From Bacteroidota bacterium (lineage in GTDB: Bacteria; Bacteroidota; Bacteroidia; Bacteroidales; Rikenellaceae), in contig JAEZTA010000002.1 of assembly GCA_023443765.1 (NCBI GenBank), positions 2,056-66,055 on the forward strand: 64,000 nucleotides of DNA, in the 5' to 3' direction. Below the pieces are notes generated by a model. It had not been told where the DNA came from. It worked only from the letters and a program-made list of their open reading frames with translations, and ran no database searches. The position numbers and the translations under genes are program-made. Of this stretch, positions 48,684 to 58,990 are shown piece after piece. How positions within the stretch are numbered: the stretch's first letter is position 1; each line of letters starts with the position of its first letter.

Positions 48684-50681
48684 CTATTTGCGCGTGATCT
48701 TCAGGGCGAAGCCACCTCCGGGGGCCATCTTCACCGTCATCTTCCGGTTGGCAGGGATTTCGACCGCTTCGCGTTTGTAGTCGCGGGCGGCCTTGTCGGC
48801 GTTGACGCCGTCGCGGAACAGTTCGGCGGTGTAGGCGCCGTCGCCCAGGAAGCCGAGGTCGATGGTCAGTTCGCGGGCATTCCAGTCGGTCATGCCGCCG
48901 ACGTACCACGTGTCGCCCTTGCGGCGTGCGATGGAGACGTATTCGCCGACACGGCCGTCGAGGCCTACGGTCTCATCCCACGTCGTCGGGATGTTGGCGA
49001 TGAATTCCGTGCATTCCGGCTCGCGCATGTAGTTCGACGGCGAGTCGCACAGCATGTTGAACGGCGATTCGAAAATCACGTACTCGGCCAGCTGGCGGCA
49101 GCGCGTACCCTGGCTCATCGCCTCGGAGCCTACGGCGCGGAAGTTCCGGCGCGTGGCGTTGCGCATGGCACCCTGCGTGTAGTCCATCGGTCCGGCGAGC
49201 ATGCGGATGAAGGGGATCGTCACGTCGTAGGTCACCATGTCGGTCTTTTCGCTGGTCCACTTCATCTGCTCCAGGCCGAAGACCCCTTCGAAGTTGAGCA
49301 CGTTGGGGTAGGTGCGCTGGATTCCCGCGGGCTTGTGGTAGCCGTGCATGTCGAGGAACAGGTGGTATTTGGCGGCCGTTTCCGCGAGGCGATAGGTGAA
49401 ATCGGCGATCTTCTGGTCGTCGCGGTCGAGGAAGTCGACCTTGAAGCCCTTGATGCCCATCTCCGAATAGTGCTTGCAGACGCGTTCGAGGTCGCGTTCC
49501 GTAGCATAGAATCCGGCCCAGAGGACGATGCCCACGCCGCGCTCCTTACCGTAGGCGACCAGTTCGGGCAGGTTGATCTCGGGAACGACCTGGAAAAGGT
49601 CGGCCTTCTTGTTTACAGCCCAGCCTTCGTCGAGGATGACGTATTCGATGCCGTGGTCGGCGGCGAAGTCGATGTAGTATTTGTAGGTCTCGTTGTTGAT
49701 GCCCGACTCGAAGTCAACGTCGTAGAGGTTCCAGGTGTTCCACCAGTCCCAGGCCACCTTGCCGGGTTTGATCCACGAGATGTCCTCCACGCGCGAAGGC
49801 GATGCGAGGCGGTAAACCAGGTCGTTGTCGGCCAGCTGGATGTCCTGTCCGGCGATGGCGAAGACACGCCACGGGAAGGTGCGGGTTCCCTTGGTGCGGG
49901 CGATGAAGTCCTCCCGCTCGGTCACCAGCAGCTGCAGCTCGTTGTGGCCGCCCTGCACCTCTTTGGCGGGGTAGGGCGCAAAGTTGCCGCGCAGCGCCTT
50001 TTCACCCGTGGGGTTGTAGACGTACATGCCCGGGTAGTCCTCCAGGTCGGCCTCGGTGATGACGACCTTGGCCTGTCCGGCGTCGATGAGCACGGGCAGG
50101 AAAGCCAGGTGGTCGTCGGCGACTTTGGAGACGGGCTGGGTGGAATAGGTGTTCTCGAAGCTGTTGAAGTAGTAGCGGGCCAGCCCCGGCTCCTTCTTGC
50201 CGTCGCGGGCGTAGGGAACCAGCGTCGTGAAGTCTTCCGGAAAACGGATATCCACCAACTCGTCGGCGACGGTGATTTCACCCTTCATGGAGGTTTGGAA
50301 CCGGTAAGCCACGCCGTCGTCATAGGCGCGGAAAGCTATTTCGTAGTCGCCTTTGAAGGCGAGCGTCAGGGCGTTGTAGCGGTCCTTGACCGTGCTGCGC
50401 TTGTAGAAGGGAGCCTCGATGGTTTCGTCGACGCTTTTCGTCGATGCTTTGCGCACGACGGCTTTCTGGCCGAGGACGCGCCCGTCGGAGAGCGTCAGCG
50501 AGAGCTGCGAGGGAGCGATCAGCTCTTTGCCGTCGCGGGAAACAGAGTAGGTGACGGCGTCCGCGCCAGCCTCTACGCGAACGGCGATTTTCCCGTCGGG
50601 GGAGGTCAGTTCGTAGGTCTTGGCTGCGGAAATTCCGGTCCCGGCACTGAATAGAAGGAGTGTCAGAAGTAGTTTTTTCAT
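48684..50681 (-). CDS. GH97 glycosidase, retaining (alpha-galactosidase-like) subgroup
   Basis: [34 protein letters not shown] (Asp nucleophile of the retaining subgroup), [13 protein letters not shown]. Confidence 0.93.
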   Translation of the reverse strand: MKKLLLTLLLFSAGTGISAAKTYELTSPDGKIAVRVEAGADAVTYSVSRDGKELIAPSQLSLTLSDGRVLGQKAVVRKASTKSVDETIEAPFYKRSTVKDRYNALTLAFKGDYEIAFRAYDDGVAYRFQTSMKGEITVADELVDIRFPEDFTTLVPYARDGKKEPGLARYYFNSFENTYSTQPVSKVADDHLAFLPVLIDAGQAKVVITEADLEDYPGMYVYNPTGEKALRGNFAPYPAKEVQGGHNELQLLVTEREDFIARTKGTRTFPWRVFAIAGQDIQLADNDLVYRLASPSRVEDISWIKPGKVAWDWWNTWNLYDVDFESGINNETYKYYIDFAADHGIEYVILDEGWAVNKKADLFQVVPEINLPELVAYGKERGVGIVLWAGFYATERDLERVCKHYSEMGIKGFKVDFLDRDDQKIADFTYRLAETAAKYHLFLDMHGYHKPAGIQRTYPNVLNFEGVFGLEQMKWTSEKTDMVTYDVTIPFIRMLAGPMDYTQGAMRNATRRNFRAVGSEAMSQGTRCRQLAEYVIFESPFNMLCDSPSNYMREPECTEFIANIPTTWDETVGLDGRVGEYVSIARRKGDTWYVGGMTDWNARELTIDLGFLGDGAYTAELFRDGVNADKAARDYKREAVEIPANRKMTVKMAPGGGFALKITRK

Positions 50682-50755
50682 AATGAGTTATTGGGTTTGG
50701 GTACGAAAATAGTGAAAAAACCGCGAATAACCGGTCTTTTCCGGAAAAAAAGGGA

Positions 50756-53587
50756 CTACTTTCCTTTCAGCGCATCCAGCACGGCGTTGCGCTGGCGGCG
50801 GAAAAAACGCAGGTTGTAAGTGAGTTGGAACGAGACGTAACGGCCGATGCCGAGGTTCGTGACGTTGCGCAGCGTGGTGCCCGTCACCGTGCGGCGGAAG
50901 GTGGTGCCGTTCTGGTCGAGGATGTCGTTCACCCCGACGCTCGCTTCGCCGAGGCCGTTGCGGAAGAGTTTGACGCCGAGCATCGCGTTGCAGATCAGGC
51001 GCTCTTCGAGGAACGTGTCCGTGATTCCCTTGTAATAGTTATAGTCGGCATTGGCGCGCACGACGAGGCGTTTCCAGATGACGAACGTCGTTTCGGCTTT
51101 CGCCGTCTGGCTGAAATAGGTGTTGTCAAGCGTGCGCACCTGCGACGAACTTTTGCTCACGTTGTAACGACCCGTGTAGCTCAGGCGGAAATCCACCGAT
51201 TCGGAGATGTTGCTCCCGAGCGTCAGTCCGGCATTGTAGACGTTGTTGTTCAGTTCGTTGCGTTCGCCGTTGATAATGCTCGGGATACGGCCCGTCGAGA
51301 CGCCCGCCCGGAAGTTGAGGTTCGAGCGCAGCCAGGGAACCGGCATGCCGTAGTTGACGCTGGCGCGCAGGCTCCAGAGTCCCCGGAGGTTGACCGGCTT
51401 GGTGTACTGGTTACCTTCGCCGAGCAGCGTCCCTTCGTCGTCGATCACGAAATCCGGGGAGTCGATCACCAGCGAGTCGGTGATGGTGTTGGGGCTGACC
51501 GTCGCCTCCGCCGAGACGGTGAAGGTGCGCCCTTTGGCCGGATTGGCCCGGATGTACTGGCCCGAAAGACGGTGGGTATAGACCGGGTCGAGGCCGGGGT
51601 TTCCGGCGAAGACGTTCTGGCGGTTGGTGGTGTTGACGATGTCCTGCAGGTCGGTGGCCCGGGGATTCGACGTGCGTCCCGAAGCGTTGAACTTCAAGGT
51701 GTTGTTGCGGTTGATGTTGATGTTCGCAACGACGCTGTAGGTGAGGTTGTCGAACGACGTTTCGGTCTTCCGTCCGTAGGGGAAGACGTAGTCGCTGCTG
51801 AATCCGGCGTGCTGGTAGTAGAGTGTCGCCGCGACCTTCGTCTTTTTGAAATAGTACTGGTAGGTGCTGCCGACGCGGTGGGTCAGGTAGGCGTAATCGT
51901 ACTCGGTGGACTGCTTCGGGTCGCGCTCGGGCCGGAACGCTTCGGTCTTGTTGTCGAAGATGAAGGTGTTGCGGCCGACGCTGTTGTCGGTGTAGTTGAT
52001 GCGGTATTCGAGGCTCAGGCGCGAGCGTTTCGAGAGCGAACGGGTATAGCTCATGTTGCCGTTCACGTCGTAGCCCGGCTGGTCGCGGTCAGTGCGCGAG
52101 ATGTTGCGCGAGGAGTAGTCCGTCGTGTCGCACTCGATGTTGTCGGGGTCGCGGAAGGTGTACTGCCGCGGGCGGCTCAGTTGGTCGTAACTGCGGTAGG
52201 TGCCCCCGATGCCGACGGTGAGGTTGTGCGACATTTTGCCCGGCAGACGGTAGCGGTAGAGCAGGTAGTTCGAGACGTTGTATCCGTCGCTGTTGTTGTG
52301 GCCGAAGTTGCGGCGGCGGTTGACGAAGCGGATGTCGTCGTCGGAGAACCTGTTGTCGGTGCGGCTCAGGAGTTCGTTGCGGTAGTTGTTGTCCTGCAGG
52401 CTGAACGAGGTGCGCATCATCATCGAATGGCGGTCGGAGAATTTGTAGTCGATGCGCGAGTTGAAGCGGTGGTTGAGGTTGAGCGTCTTCGAGTCGTTGC
52501 GGTCGTTGTAGAGCACCAGTTTGTCGGTCGACGTGAAGGTCTGGCGGTCGCTCAGGCTGGTGTTGTGGTTGTCGGTGCGGTTGAAGAAATAGCTGGCCGT
52601 GACCTTGCCCTTCGCGCCCCAGTCGTCGCTGTAATTGACGCCGACGGCCTGCACGGTGGAGATGCCGTCCAAGGGGCGTACCATGAAATTATTGCCGGAC
52701 GACTTGCCCGACTGGTCGGTTGTACCGAGGATGTCCTCGAACGAGAAGTTCTGGCGGTTGATGTTGTTGACCAGTCCGACCACCGAGATGCGGCGGTCGT
52801 TGTCGAAAATGTTGACGTTGCCGCCGCCGATGTACTTGTCGGGGATGCCGTAAGCCCCGTAGAGGCGGCCGAAAGCGCCCCGCCGCTTGTCGGGGAGCGT
52901 CACGATGTTGAGCGACGTATGCCCTTCGCCGGTGTCCACGCCCGTGAATTCCGACTGGTCGCTCTGCGAGTTGTAGATGTCGATGCTCTCGATCATGTCG
53001 GCCGGGATGTTGCGGATGGCCGACATCACGTCGTTGCCGAAAAATTCGCGTCCGTCGACGTAGACCCGCCGCACGGTGCGTCCCTGCGCCTCGATGCCGC
53101 CGTCGGCAACCTCCAGGCCGGGCATCTTCGAGATCAGCGACTCGGCGTCGGACCCGAACGAAACTTTGTAGGCCGAGGCGCGGTAGGAGAGCGTGTCGCC
53201 GCGTACAGACGAGCGTAACGCAGGGGCTTCGACGGTCACCTGGTCGATAGCCTCGGCGCGGGGCGTGAGCCACAGCGAGTCGAGGAGGAGGGCCGCCGTG
53301 CCGACCTGCAGGTCGGTGCGCAGCGAGTCGTAGCCCAGCGAGGTGATCGTAAGGCGGTAGTCGCCGCGCGGGATGCGGGGGAACGTGCCGCGGCCTTCGA
53401 TGTCCGAGGTGGTGTAGAAGGGCGTGGCTGCGGTGTCCGTACGGCTGCGCAGTTCGGCCACGGCCCCCACGACCGCTTCGCGCGTCACGCGGTCGGCGAC
53501 GCGGAAACGCACGTCCGGGGACTGTGCCGCGGCAGTTGCGGCGCAGAACAGCAGCAGTGGAAACAGCAATGCTTTTCTCGGGTTCAT
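50756..53587 (-). CDS. Outer-membrane beta-barrel protein with carboxypeptidase-regulatory-like domain (paralog of 32258-34999)
   Basis: GDTLSYRA, LISKMPGLE, VYVDGREFFG, LVNNIN, AGNPGLDP, VNDILDQ motifs. Confidence 0.88.
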   Translation of the reverse strand: MNPRKALLFPLLLFCAATAAAQSPDVRFRVADRVTREAVVGAVAELRSRTDTAATPFYTTSDIEGRGTFPRIPRGDYRLTITSLGYDSLRTDLQVGTAALLLDSLWLTPRAEAIDQVTVEAPALRSSVRGDTLSYRASAYKVSFGSDAESLISKMPGLEVADGGIEAQGRTVRRVYVDGREFFGNDVMSAIRNIPADMIESIDIYNSQSDQSEFTGVDTGEGHTSLNIVTLPDKRRGAFGRLYGAYGIPDKYIGGGNVNIFDNDRRISVVGLVNNINRQNFSFEDILGTTDQSGKSSGNNFMVRPLDGISTVQAVGVNYSDDWGAKGKVTASYFFNRTDNHNTSLSDRQTFTSTDKLVLYNDRNDSKTLNLNHRFNSRIDYKFSDRHSMMMRTSFSLQDNNYRNELLSRTDNRFSDDDIRFVNRRRNFGHNNSDGYNVSNYLLYRYRLPGKMSHNLTVGIGGTYRSYDQLSRPRQYTFRDPDNIECDTTDYSSRNISRTDRDQPGYDVNGNMSYTRSLSKRSRLSLEYRINYTDNSVGRNTFIFDNKTEAFRPERDPKQSTEYDYAYLTHRVGSTYQYYFKKTKVAATLYYQHAGFSSDYVFPYGRKTETSFDNLTYSVVANININRNNTLKFNASGRTSNPRATDLQDIVNTTNRQNVFAGNPGLDPVYTHRLSGQYIRANPAKGRTFTVSAEATVSPNTITDSLVIDSPDFVIDDEGTLLGEGNQYTKPVNLRGLWSLRASVNYGMPVPWLRSNLNFRAGVSTGRIPSIINGERNELNNNVYNAGLTLGSNISESVDFRLSYTGRYNVSKSSSQVRTLDNTYFSQTAKAETTFVIWKRLVVRANADYNYYKGITDTFLEERLICNAMLGVKLFRNGLGEASVGVNDILDQNGTTFRRTVTGTTLRNVTNLGIGRYVSFQLTYNLRFFRRQRNAVLDALKGK

Positions 53588-53699
53588 CGGGTGAAGAGAA
53601 TTCGACGGATAAAGATAATGGTTTTGTGCCTTTCATATACCCTTTTTTTGGATATTTTAGCATAATGGGATCTGTGTCGACTGTTTTTGATCAAAAAAT

Positions 53700-53732
53700 A
53701 TTGCCGATTACCTCCGTCTTTCACTATATTTG
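53700..53732 (+). promoter_or_regulatory. -33/-7 promoter for anSME
   Basis: ATTG-N21-TATATTTG. Confidence 0.7.
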
Positions 53733-53783
53733 TCGAAATAATAGCGGACGGCGTTCGTTTTGTCCGTAAACCGGGAACCTCAC

Positions 53784-55046
53784 ATGAAAAACAAGGATAT
53801 ATTTACATTCCGCGACGCGGAGAAGCAGGCAGGCCCCGTGGCCTTCTCGACGATGCTCAAACCCGCCGGTTCGGCCTGCAACCTCGACTGCCACTACTGC
53901 TATTACCTGGACAAAGCCGTCCAGTACGGTGGTAAGCAGGCTGTGATGAGCGACGAGTTGCTGGAACTTTACGTCAAACAATACATCGAGGCCAACGAGG
54001 TTCCGACGGTGCAGTTCTGCTGGCACGGCGGCGAACCGCTGCTGCTGGGCGTGGATTTCTACCGCCGGGCGATGGCCTTTCAGGAGAAATACGCCGACGG
54101 CAAGAAGATCGAGAACATCCTCCAGACCAACGGTACGCTGGTCGACGAAGCGTGGTGCGACCTGTTCGCCGGGAACAACTTCCTGGTGGGGATTTCGCTC
54201 GACGGGCCGCAGGACATTCACGACACGTTCCGCCTGACGAAGGGCGGTAAACCCACCTTTGACCGTGTGATGCAGACGATCGGAATGTTCCAGCGCAGCG
54301 GCGTGGAGTACAATACGCTGAGCGTTGTGAACAAGTTGTGCGAAGGCCGCGGCGGAGAGATTTACCGTTTCTTCCGCGACACGGTGCACAGCAGGTACAT
54401 GCAGTTCCTGCCCGCCGTGGAGCATGTCATCGACAAACCGGGCTTCCACCGTCCGCTGATCGTCTCGCCCGACCGCGAGGGGGCGCGGCTGGCCGAATGG
54501 TCGGTAACAGCCAAGGGGTACGGGCAGTTCCTGTGCGACGTGTTCGACGTGTGGGTGGTGAGCGACGTGGGGCGCTGCTTCGTGCAGATGTTCGACGCGA
54601 CGCTGGCCCAGTGGTGCGGAGTGCCCCCGGGCGTCTGCTCGATGGGCGAGACGTGCGGCGACGCGCTGGTCGTGGAACACAACGGCGACGTTTATTCGTG
54701 CGACCACTTCGTCTATCCCGAATACAAGTTGGGCAACATTGCCGAAAACTCGCTGACGGAGATTTACCGGACCAAAAAGCGCCGTGACTTCGGGCTGGCC
54801 AAGCGCAACGCCCTGCCGGGCGAATGCCTGCGCTGCAAATACTATTTCGCCTGCCGGGGCGAGTGCCCGAAGCACCGCTTCGAGACCGGTTCGGACGGAT
54901 GCCGCAAAAACTCGCTCTGCGAGGGTTTGCAGCATTGGTTCCGCCATTCGGAACCCTACATGGAGTACATGCGCGACATGCTGGCGCGTGAGCAGTCCCC
55001 GGCGTGGGTCATGCAGTTCGCCCGCAAGCGCATGGGGCTGATGTAG
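53784..55046 (+). CDS. chuR: Anaerobic sulfatase-maturating radical SAM/SPASM enzyme (anSME)
   Basis: KPAGSACNLDCHYCYY, WHGGEP, QTNG, GISLDG, CG..EHNGDVYSCDHFV, C..C.....C.GECPKHR. Confidence 0.93.
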   Translation: MKNKDIFTFRDAEKQAGPVAFSTMLKPAGSACNLDCHYCYYLDKAVQYGGKQAVMSDELLELYVKQYIEANEVPTVQFCWHGGEPLLLGVDFYRRAMAFQEKYADGKKIENILQTNGTLVDEAWCDLFAGNNFLVGISLDGPQDIHDTFRLTKGGKPTFDRVMQTIGMFQRSGVEYNTLSVVNKLCEGRGGEIYRFFRDTVHSRYMQFLPAVEHVIDKPGFHRPLIVSPDREGARLAEWSVTAKGYGQFLCDVFDVWVVSDVGRCFVQMFDATLAQWCGVPPGVCSMGETCGDALVVEHNGDVYSCDHFVYPEYKLGNIAENSLTEIYRTKKRRDFGLAKRNALPGECLRCKYYFACRGECPKHRFETGSDGCRKNSLCEGLQHWFRHSEPYMEYMRDMLAREQSPAWVMQFARKRMGLM

Positions 55047-55063
55047 CGGCCCGGGTCAGTTTT

Positions 55064-56548
55064 TTACCCGTTTTTTCGTTTCAGGAGCACCCACACCAGC
55101 GGCACGGCCGATGCGAGGGTGAGCCACACCACGACCGAGAGCGCGTCGGTGACCCCTTCGACATAAGTCTGGGCCGCCGGGAGCGTTTCGTGTGCCGTGT
55201 GGTAGGCCGTGCGGGTCGCGAGGATGGCCGTGAGTACGGCGATGCCGAAGCTGCCCGCGAGTTGCTTGATGCTGTTCGAGATGCCCGCCGCTGCGGCCAT
55301 GTCCTGCTGGGTGAGGTTTTTGAGCGAAAAGAGGTTCAGGGGCGCGAAGGTGAGGCCCATGCCGAAGCCGCGCAGGTAGAGGACGAACAGGATGTGGCGG
55401 TGCGTGGTGTCTAGCGTGAAGCGGCTTGCGAGCCAGAAGCTCAGGGCCATGATCAGGATGCCCGCAATGACCAGCAGCAGGGGTTTGACGTAGCGCGTCA
55501 GGTAGCCCGAGGCGGTGGAAAGCACACCCTGGATAAGCCCTACGGGGAGGAAGACGCTTCCGGCCATCAGCGCCGTGTAGCCCAGTCCGCGCTGCATGTA
55601 GAGCGGCAGCAGGTAGGTTCCCCCGAGCATCCCGACGGCGAAAAGCGTCAGCACGGCCATCGAGACACCGAAATTCCGTTCGGCCAGCAGCCGGATTTGC
55701 AGCAGGGGCGCCGGGTTGCGCAGTTCCGTGACGATGAAGAACACGAACGCTGCGGCCGCCACGGCAAAACAGGCTACGACTTCGGGGGCCGCCCAGCCGT
55801 CGTGGTTGGTGGGCGAATTGCCGCGGGCGAGGGCATAGATCGTCAGCGGCATGAACAGCACGATAGCCGCAAATCCTTTCCAGTCGAAGGGGTGGCGTAC
55901 GCCGCCCCGCCACTCTTTCTGAATGAACACCGAGAGCAGGATGGCCAGCAGTCCCACCGGAACGTTCACGTCGAAAATCCGGTGCCAGCTGTAATCGTCG
56001 ACCAGATAGCCGCCCAGCAGGGGGCCGAACGAGATCGAAGCCGCTGCGGCCATCGACCAGAGGCCCAGCGCGAGGCCCCGCTCCTCGGGCTTGAATTCGC
56101 GGGTGACGATGGCCAGGCCCAGCGCCTGGATGATGCCGCTGCCCAACCCCTGCAAGGCCCGCGAGGCGATGAGGAACGAATCGGTGGGGGCTTTTCCGCA
56201 GAGCCACGAGCCCAGCGTGAAGAGCACCATTCCGAGGATGTAGACGCGTTTGTTGCCGAAACGGTCGGCAAACCAACCCGCCGAGGGCAGCATGACGGTC
56301 ATGGTGATCATGTAGGCCGTGACAACCCATTCGGCCGAGGAGATGCCGATGTGGAAGGCCGACATGATGGCCGGAAGCCCGACGTTGACCACCGTAACGT
56401 CGAGCACGGCCATGAAGGTTCCGAGCATGATCATGCCCAGAATCCACCATTTGTAGCTGCTGCTTTGCCGGATATGTTCGCCGAGAGATGTCATCCGGCG
56501 TGGCGGGCTCAAAAAAAGTGCCATTTTGTCCGGCAGCCCGGTTTTCAT
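55064..56548 (-). CDS. DHA2 (EmrB/QacA-family) MFS transporter (alternative start 56524)
   Basis: FMAVLDVTVVNVGLP, WVVTAY, GWFADRFGNKR, RALQGLG, FGPLLGG motifs; about 14 hydrophobic segments. Confidence 0.9.
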   Translation of the reverse strand: MKTGLPDKMALFLSPPRRMTSLGEHIRQSSSYKWWILGMIMLGTFMAVLDVTVVNVGLPAIMSAFHIGISSAEWVVTAYMITMTVMLPSAGWFADRFGNKRVYILGMVLFTLGSWLCGKAPTDSFLIASRALQGLGSGIIQALGLAIVTREFKPEERGLALGLWSMAAAASISFGPLLGGYLVDDYSWHRIFDVNVPVGLLAILLSVFIQKEWRGGVRHPFDWKGFAAIVLFMPLTIYALARGNSPTNHDGWAAPEVVACFAVAAAAFVFFIVTELRNPAPLLQIRLLAERNFGVSMAVLTLFAVGMLGGTYLLPLYMQRGLGYTALMAGSVFLPVGLIQGVLSTASGYLTRYVKPLLLVIAGILIMALSFWLASRFTLDTTHRHILFVLYLRGFGMGLTFAPLNLFSLKNLTQQDMAAAAGISNSIKQLAGSFGIAVLTAILATRTAYHTAHETLPAAQTYVEGVTDALSVVVWLTLASAVPLVWVLLKRKNG

Positions 56549-56645
56549 CCGTCTGTTCGGCCGGCTGTGGGATGCCGTCGGTATCCGGCTGCAACGGAAC
56601 GGGATAAAAATGGGCGGGAGTTTGGAAATTGAGTGGAATTATATC

Positions 56646-56653
56646 TATATTTG
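56646..56653 (+). promoter_or_regulatory. -7 element immediately before a leaderless-like ATG
   Basis: TATATTTG followed by ccgc-ATG (56658). Confidence 0.6.
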
Positions 56654-56657
56654 CCGC

Positions 56658-56753
56658 ATGAACAGGTGCAGGAAATCAGAATTTACAAATCCCCGGGGAG
56701 AATCCGTAATTCTTTCCGGTATTGCACATTTCCCCCCCCCGCAGTTAGACTAG
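56658..56753 (+). CDS. Putative 31-aa leader peptide with C9 tract
   Basis: MNRCRKSEFTNPRGESVILSGIAHFPPPQLD*; C9 at 56732-56740. Confidence 0.4.
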   Translation: MNRCRKSEFTNPRGESVILSGIAHFPPPQLD

Positions 56754-56772
56754 TTTATCCGTCGATCCTATC

Positions 56773-56814
56773 TTCCGTAATACGACTTTCAGGAGCCGTG
56801 TTACGGAATTTTTT
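56773..56814 (+). terminator. Intrinsic terminator inside the 5' leader (attenuator-like)
   Basis: ttccgtaatacg-N12-cgtgttacggaa (12-bp stem, one G-U) then T6, about 30 bp before the lipoprotein start. Confidence 0.7.
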
Positions 56815-56847
56815 GGTTGATATATTGGGCTTAATTAAAAAATGCAA

Positions 56848-58557
56848 ATGAAAAAATCAATTCTTTTTGTGCTGCTCTGTGCAGCCGTCGTCCTGGCCTC
56901 GTGCAACGAGGACGACACAAATCCCTCCGTGCCGGTTGCCGGGGTGACGCTTGACCACAAAACGTTGCTTCTGGGCAAGGGCGAGACTGCGGCGCTCGTC
57001 GCGACGGTAGCTCCGGAGGATGCCGAAAACCGCGTCGTAACGTGGGCGAGTTCGGACAAAGCCGTGGCCGAAGTTTCCGACGAAGGCGTTGTGACGGCAA
57101 AGGCCATCGGCGATGCGACGATCACGGTAACTACCTTGGAAGGCGGTTTTGAGGATGTTTGCCAGGTGACGGTGCTCGACACCGATACCTCGGATGCGCT
57201 GGTGACGTTCGACAATCCGACTGCTGTCATCAAAGAAAACGGCGGGGTGCTGACCGTACCGTTCCACATGAACAAAGCCCTGGCAGGCGATGTGGCCGTG
57301 ACCTTCGCTCAAGGGACCGACGACCGGCAGACTGCGAAGCAGGGATGGCACTTCGATTTTCCGGACGGGAAGAACCGCATCGTCCTGCCCCGGGGAACCC
57401 GGACAGGAACGGTGGACCTGCAGATCATCGACAATGATTACTGCGATGGAAACGTCTATTTTGACCTGGCTATCAGGCAGGTGGACGGCGCGCAGCGAGG
57501 GTTGGACAGTATTTGTAAGGTGACCATCGAAGACGAGGATATAGATCGTACGGTCCGTATCGGACAACCCGCCGGCGACGGAACCTGGGCCGAGGAGGCC
57601 GGGACGATCGAGATTCCGCTGATCTTCGAAGGCGGGAAATGGGAAGAGCGAATGATTTCCGGAAAGATCGCCGTCAAGGATTTGGTAGGATGTACGCAGG
57701 ACGATGTGACGCTCGAAACCACCTCGTTCGAAACGGCCGGAAACGAAACTCTCAAAGTAAAGGTGCGCCTGAGGGATAACGAGACGTTCGGGGACTGGAG
57801 TTTCCGCCTCGATCTTCAGGATCTGGTGTGGGTACGGCTGGCCAGTGATGACGTCATCCGGATCAAGGACGACGAGCGGATTCTGGGATTTGCGCAGGCC
57901 GCCTATGAGGTCGACGAGGGTTCGTCGGTCAATCTTTCCACGATGCTGAAAGGCGGTGGCGCCCGGTCGAACGTGCCCATCCGGATCGAGGTCGTAGCCG
58001 ACCAGACCACGGCCACCCCCGATTTGTATACCCTGCCGGCAAGCTATGACGATATCGCGGCGCAGGGGGATGCTTCGTCCTTCGTGCTCCGGGCTAATAA
58101 GAGTGCAGCCCTTCGGGATGCCGTGCTGGTCCTGAAGGTCAATTCGACGGCAGGAGCCTCCACGCCCGGGAAGATTCTCTACGACGACACGCAAACCTGT
58201 CGGGTAACCATCCGCAACACCGATTCTTTCGTGCGGTTCGCCGCTACGACGCTGACGGGCGTGGCTGCTCCGGGTGTATACGATATTGCGATTGAAACGT
58301 CTGGTTATGAAGAGGATATACTTGTGTATGTGGATGTGTCTTCGGCAACGACGATGAGTGCCGGCAGTTTTAGCATCAAGCAGAAATTCGCGATATTCTC
58401 TGCCGGGGCGAAGAGCGGCCGGATTCAATTGGAGTTGTTCGAAGCGCTGAAGGCCGACGAGCAGATCGTTATCGAGATAACGCGTGTCTTAGGAGAAAGC
58501 GGGTCTATGAATGATGATATTGATCCGGATGCCAAAGTCATCGTTTGCGGGAATTGA
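56848..58557 (+). CDS. Surface lipoprotein with bacterial Ig-like (Big_2) and Calx-beta-like repeats (alternative start 56842)
   Basis: Lipobox LASC + acidic NEDD; VAGVTLD..LVATVAPEDAEN..VTWASSD..VA.V...G.VTA (Big_2); V.F...E.G, IIDND, VTIEDED (Calx-beta). Confidence 0.85.
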   Translation: MKKSILFVLLCAAVVLASCNEDDTNPSVPVAGVTLDHKTLLLGKGETAALVATVAPEDAENRVVTWASSDKAVAEVSDEGVVTAKAIGDATITVTTLEGGFEDVCQVTVLDTDTSDALVTFDNPTAVIKENGGVLTVPFHMNKALAGDVAVTFAQGTDDRQTAKQGWHFDFPDGKNRIVLPRGTRTGTVDLQIIDNDYCDGNVYFDLAIRQVDGAQRGLDSICKVTIEDEDIDRTVRIGQPAGDGTWAEEAGTIEIPLIFEGGKWEERMISGKIAVKDLVGCTQDDVTLETTSFETAGNETLKVKVRLRDNETFGDWSFRLDLQDLVWVRLASDDVIRIKDDERILGFAQAAYEVDEGSSVNLSTMLKGGGARSNVPIRIEVVADQTTATPDLYTLPASYDDIAAQGDASSFVLRANKSAALRDAVLVLKVNSTAGASTPGKILYDDTQTCRVTIRNTDSFVRFAATTLTGVAAPGVYDIAIETSGYEEDILVYVDVSSATTMSAGSFSIKQKFAIFSAGAKSGRIQLELFEALKADEQIVIEITRVLGESGSMNDDIDPDAKVIVCGN

Positions 58558-58577
58558 CGGCTGACCGGGCTGACACT

Positions 58578-58607
58578 AAAAAGCACCTCCTTTTGGGAGG
58601 TGCTTTT
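58578..58607. terminator. Bidirectional terminator shared by the lipoprotein gene and rnpB
   Basis: aaaaagcacctcc-ttttg-ggaggtgctttt. Confidence 0.88.
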
Positions 58608-58612
58608 GTTTT

Positions 58613-58969
58613 GCAGGTCCTGTAAGCCGGGTTCTGTCTCCGGGGCGAACCCCGGGTCCCTGTCATTTATCTAGGGCGGCAGTCTCCTGCCGTCTCAAGC
58701 AACCTACCCCCCGGCATCGGGCGAGCAACCCTTAATTGCCGGTATACACGGTCTTGCAACCCACGGGACGTACGGCCGGACGACATTGCTGCCTCCGCGG
58801 TGGGCTCTTACCCCGCCTTTTCACCCTTACCCGTCGTTTCCGGCGGGCGGTCGTTTTCTGTTACGCTACCACAACCTCACGGCTGTCAGGTCGTTAGCCT
58901 GCGTGGTGCTCTGTGTTGCCCGGACTTTCCTCTCCCGGCTTGTGGCCGGCAGCGACAGAGCGGACCTGC
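58613..58969 (-). ncRNA. rnpB: RNase P RNA (type A)
   Basis: Minus strand has GAGGAAAGTCCGGGC, GGGTGAAAAGG, GGTAGGTTGCTTGAG, AGATAAATGA and ACAGAACCCGGCTTA conserved regions; P1 helix gcaggtcc/ggacctgc. Confidence 0.97.
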
Positions 58970-58973
58970 GGGG

Positions 58974-58981
58974 CAAAGGTA
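58974..58981 (-). promoter_or_regulatory. -7 element of rnpB
   Basis: TACCTTTG on the minus strand 4 bp upstream of the P1 5' strand. Confidence 0.8.
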
Positions 58982-58990
58982 CGCAAATTT

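Noticed and set aside
53784..55046. Radical SAM/SPASM enzyme as a RiPP maturase paired with the adjacent MFS exporter
   Set aside because: Sequence matches the housekeeping anSME/ChuR type, which is often standalone in Bacteroidales; no precursor peptide seen and the MFS gene is convergent
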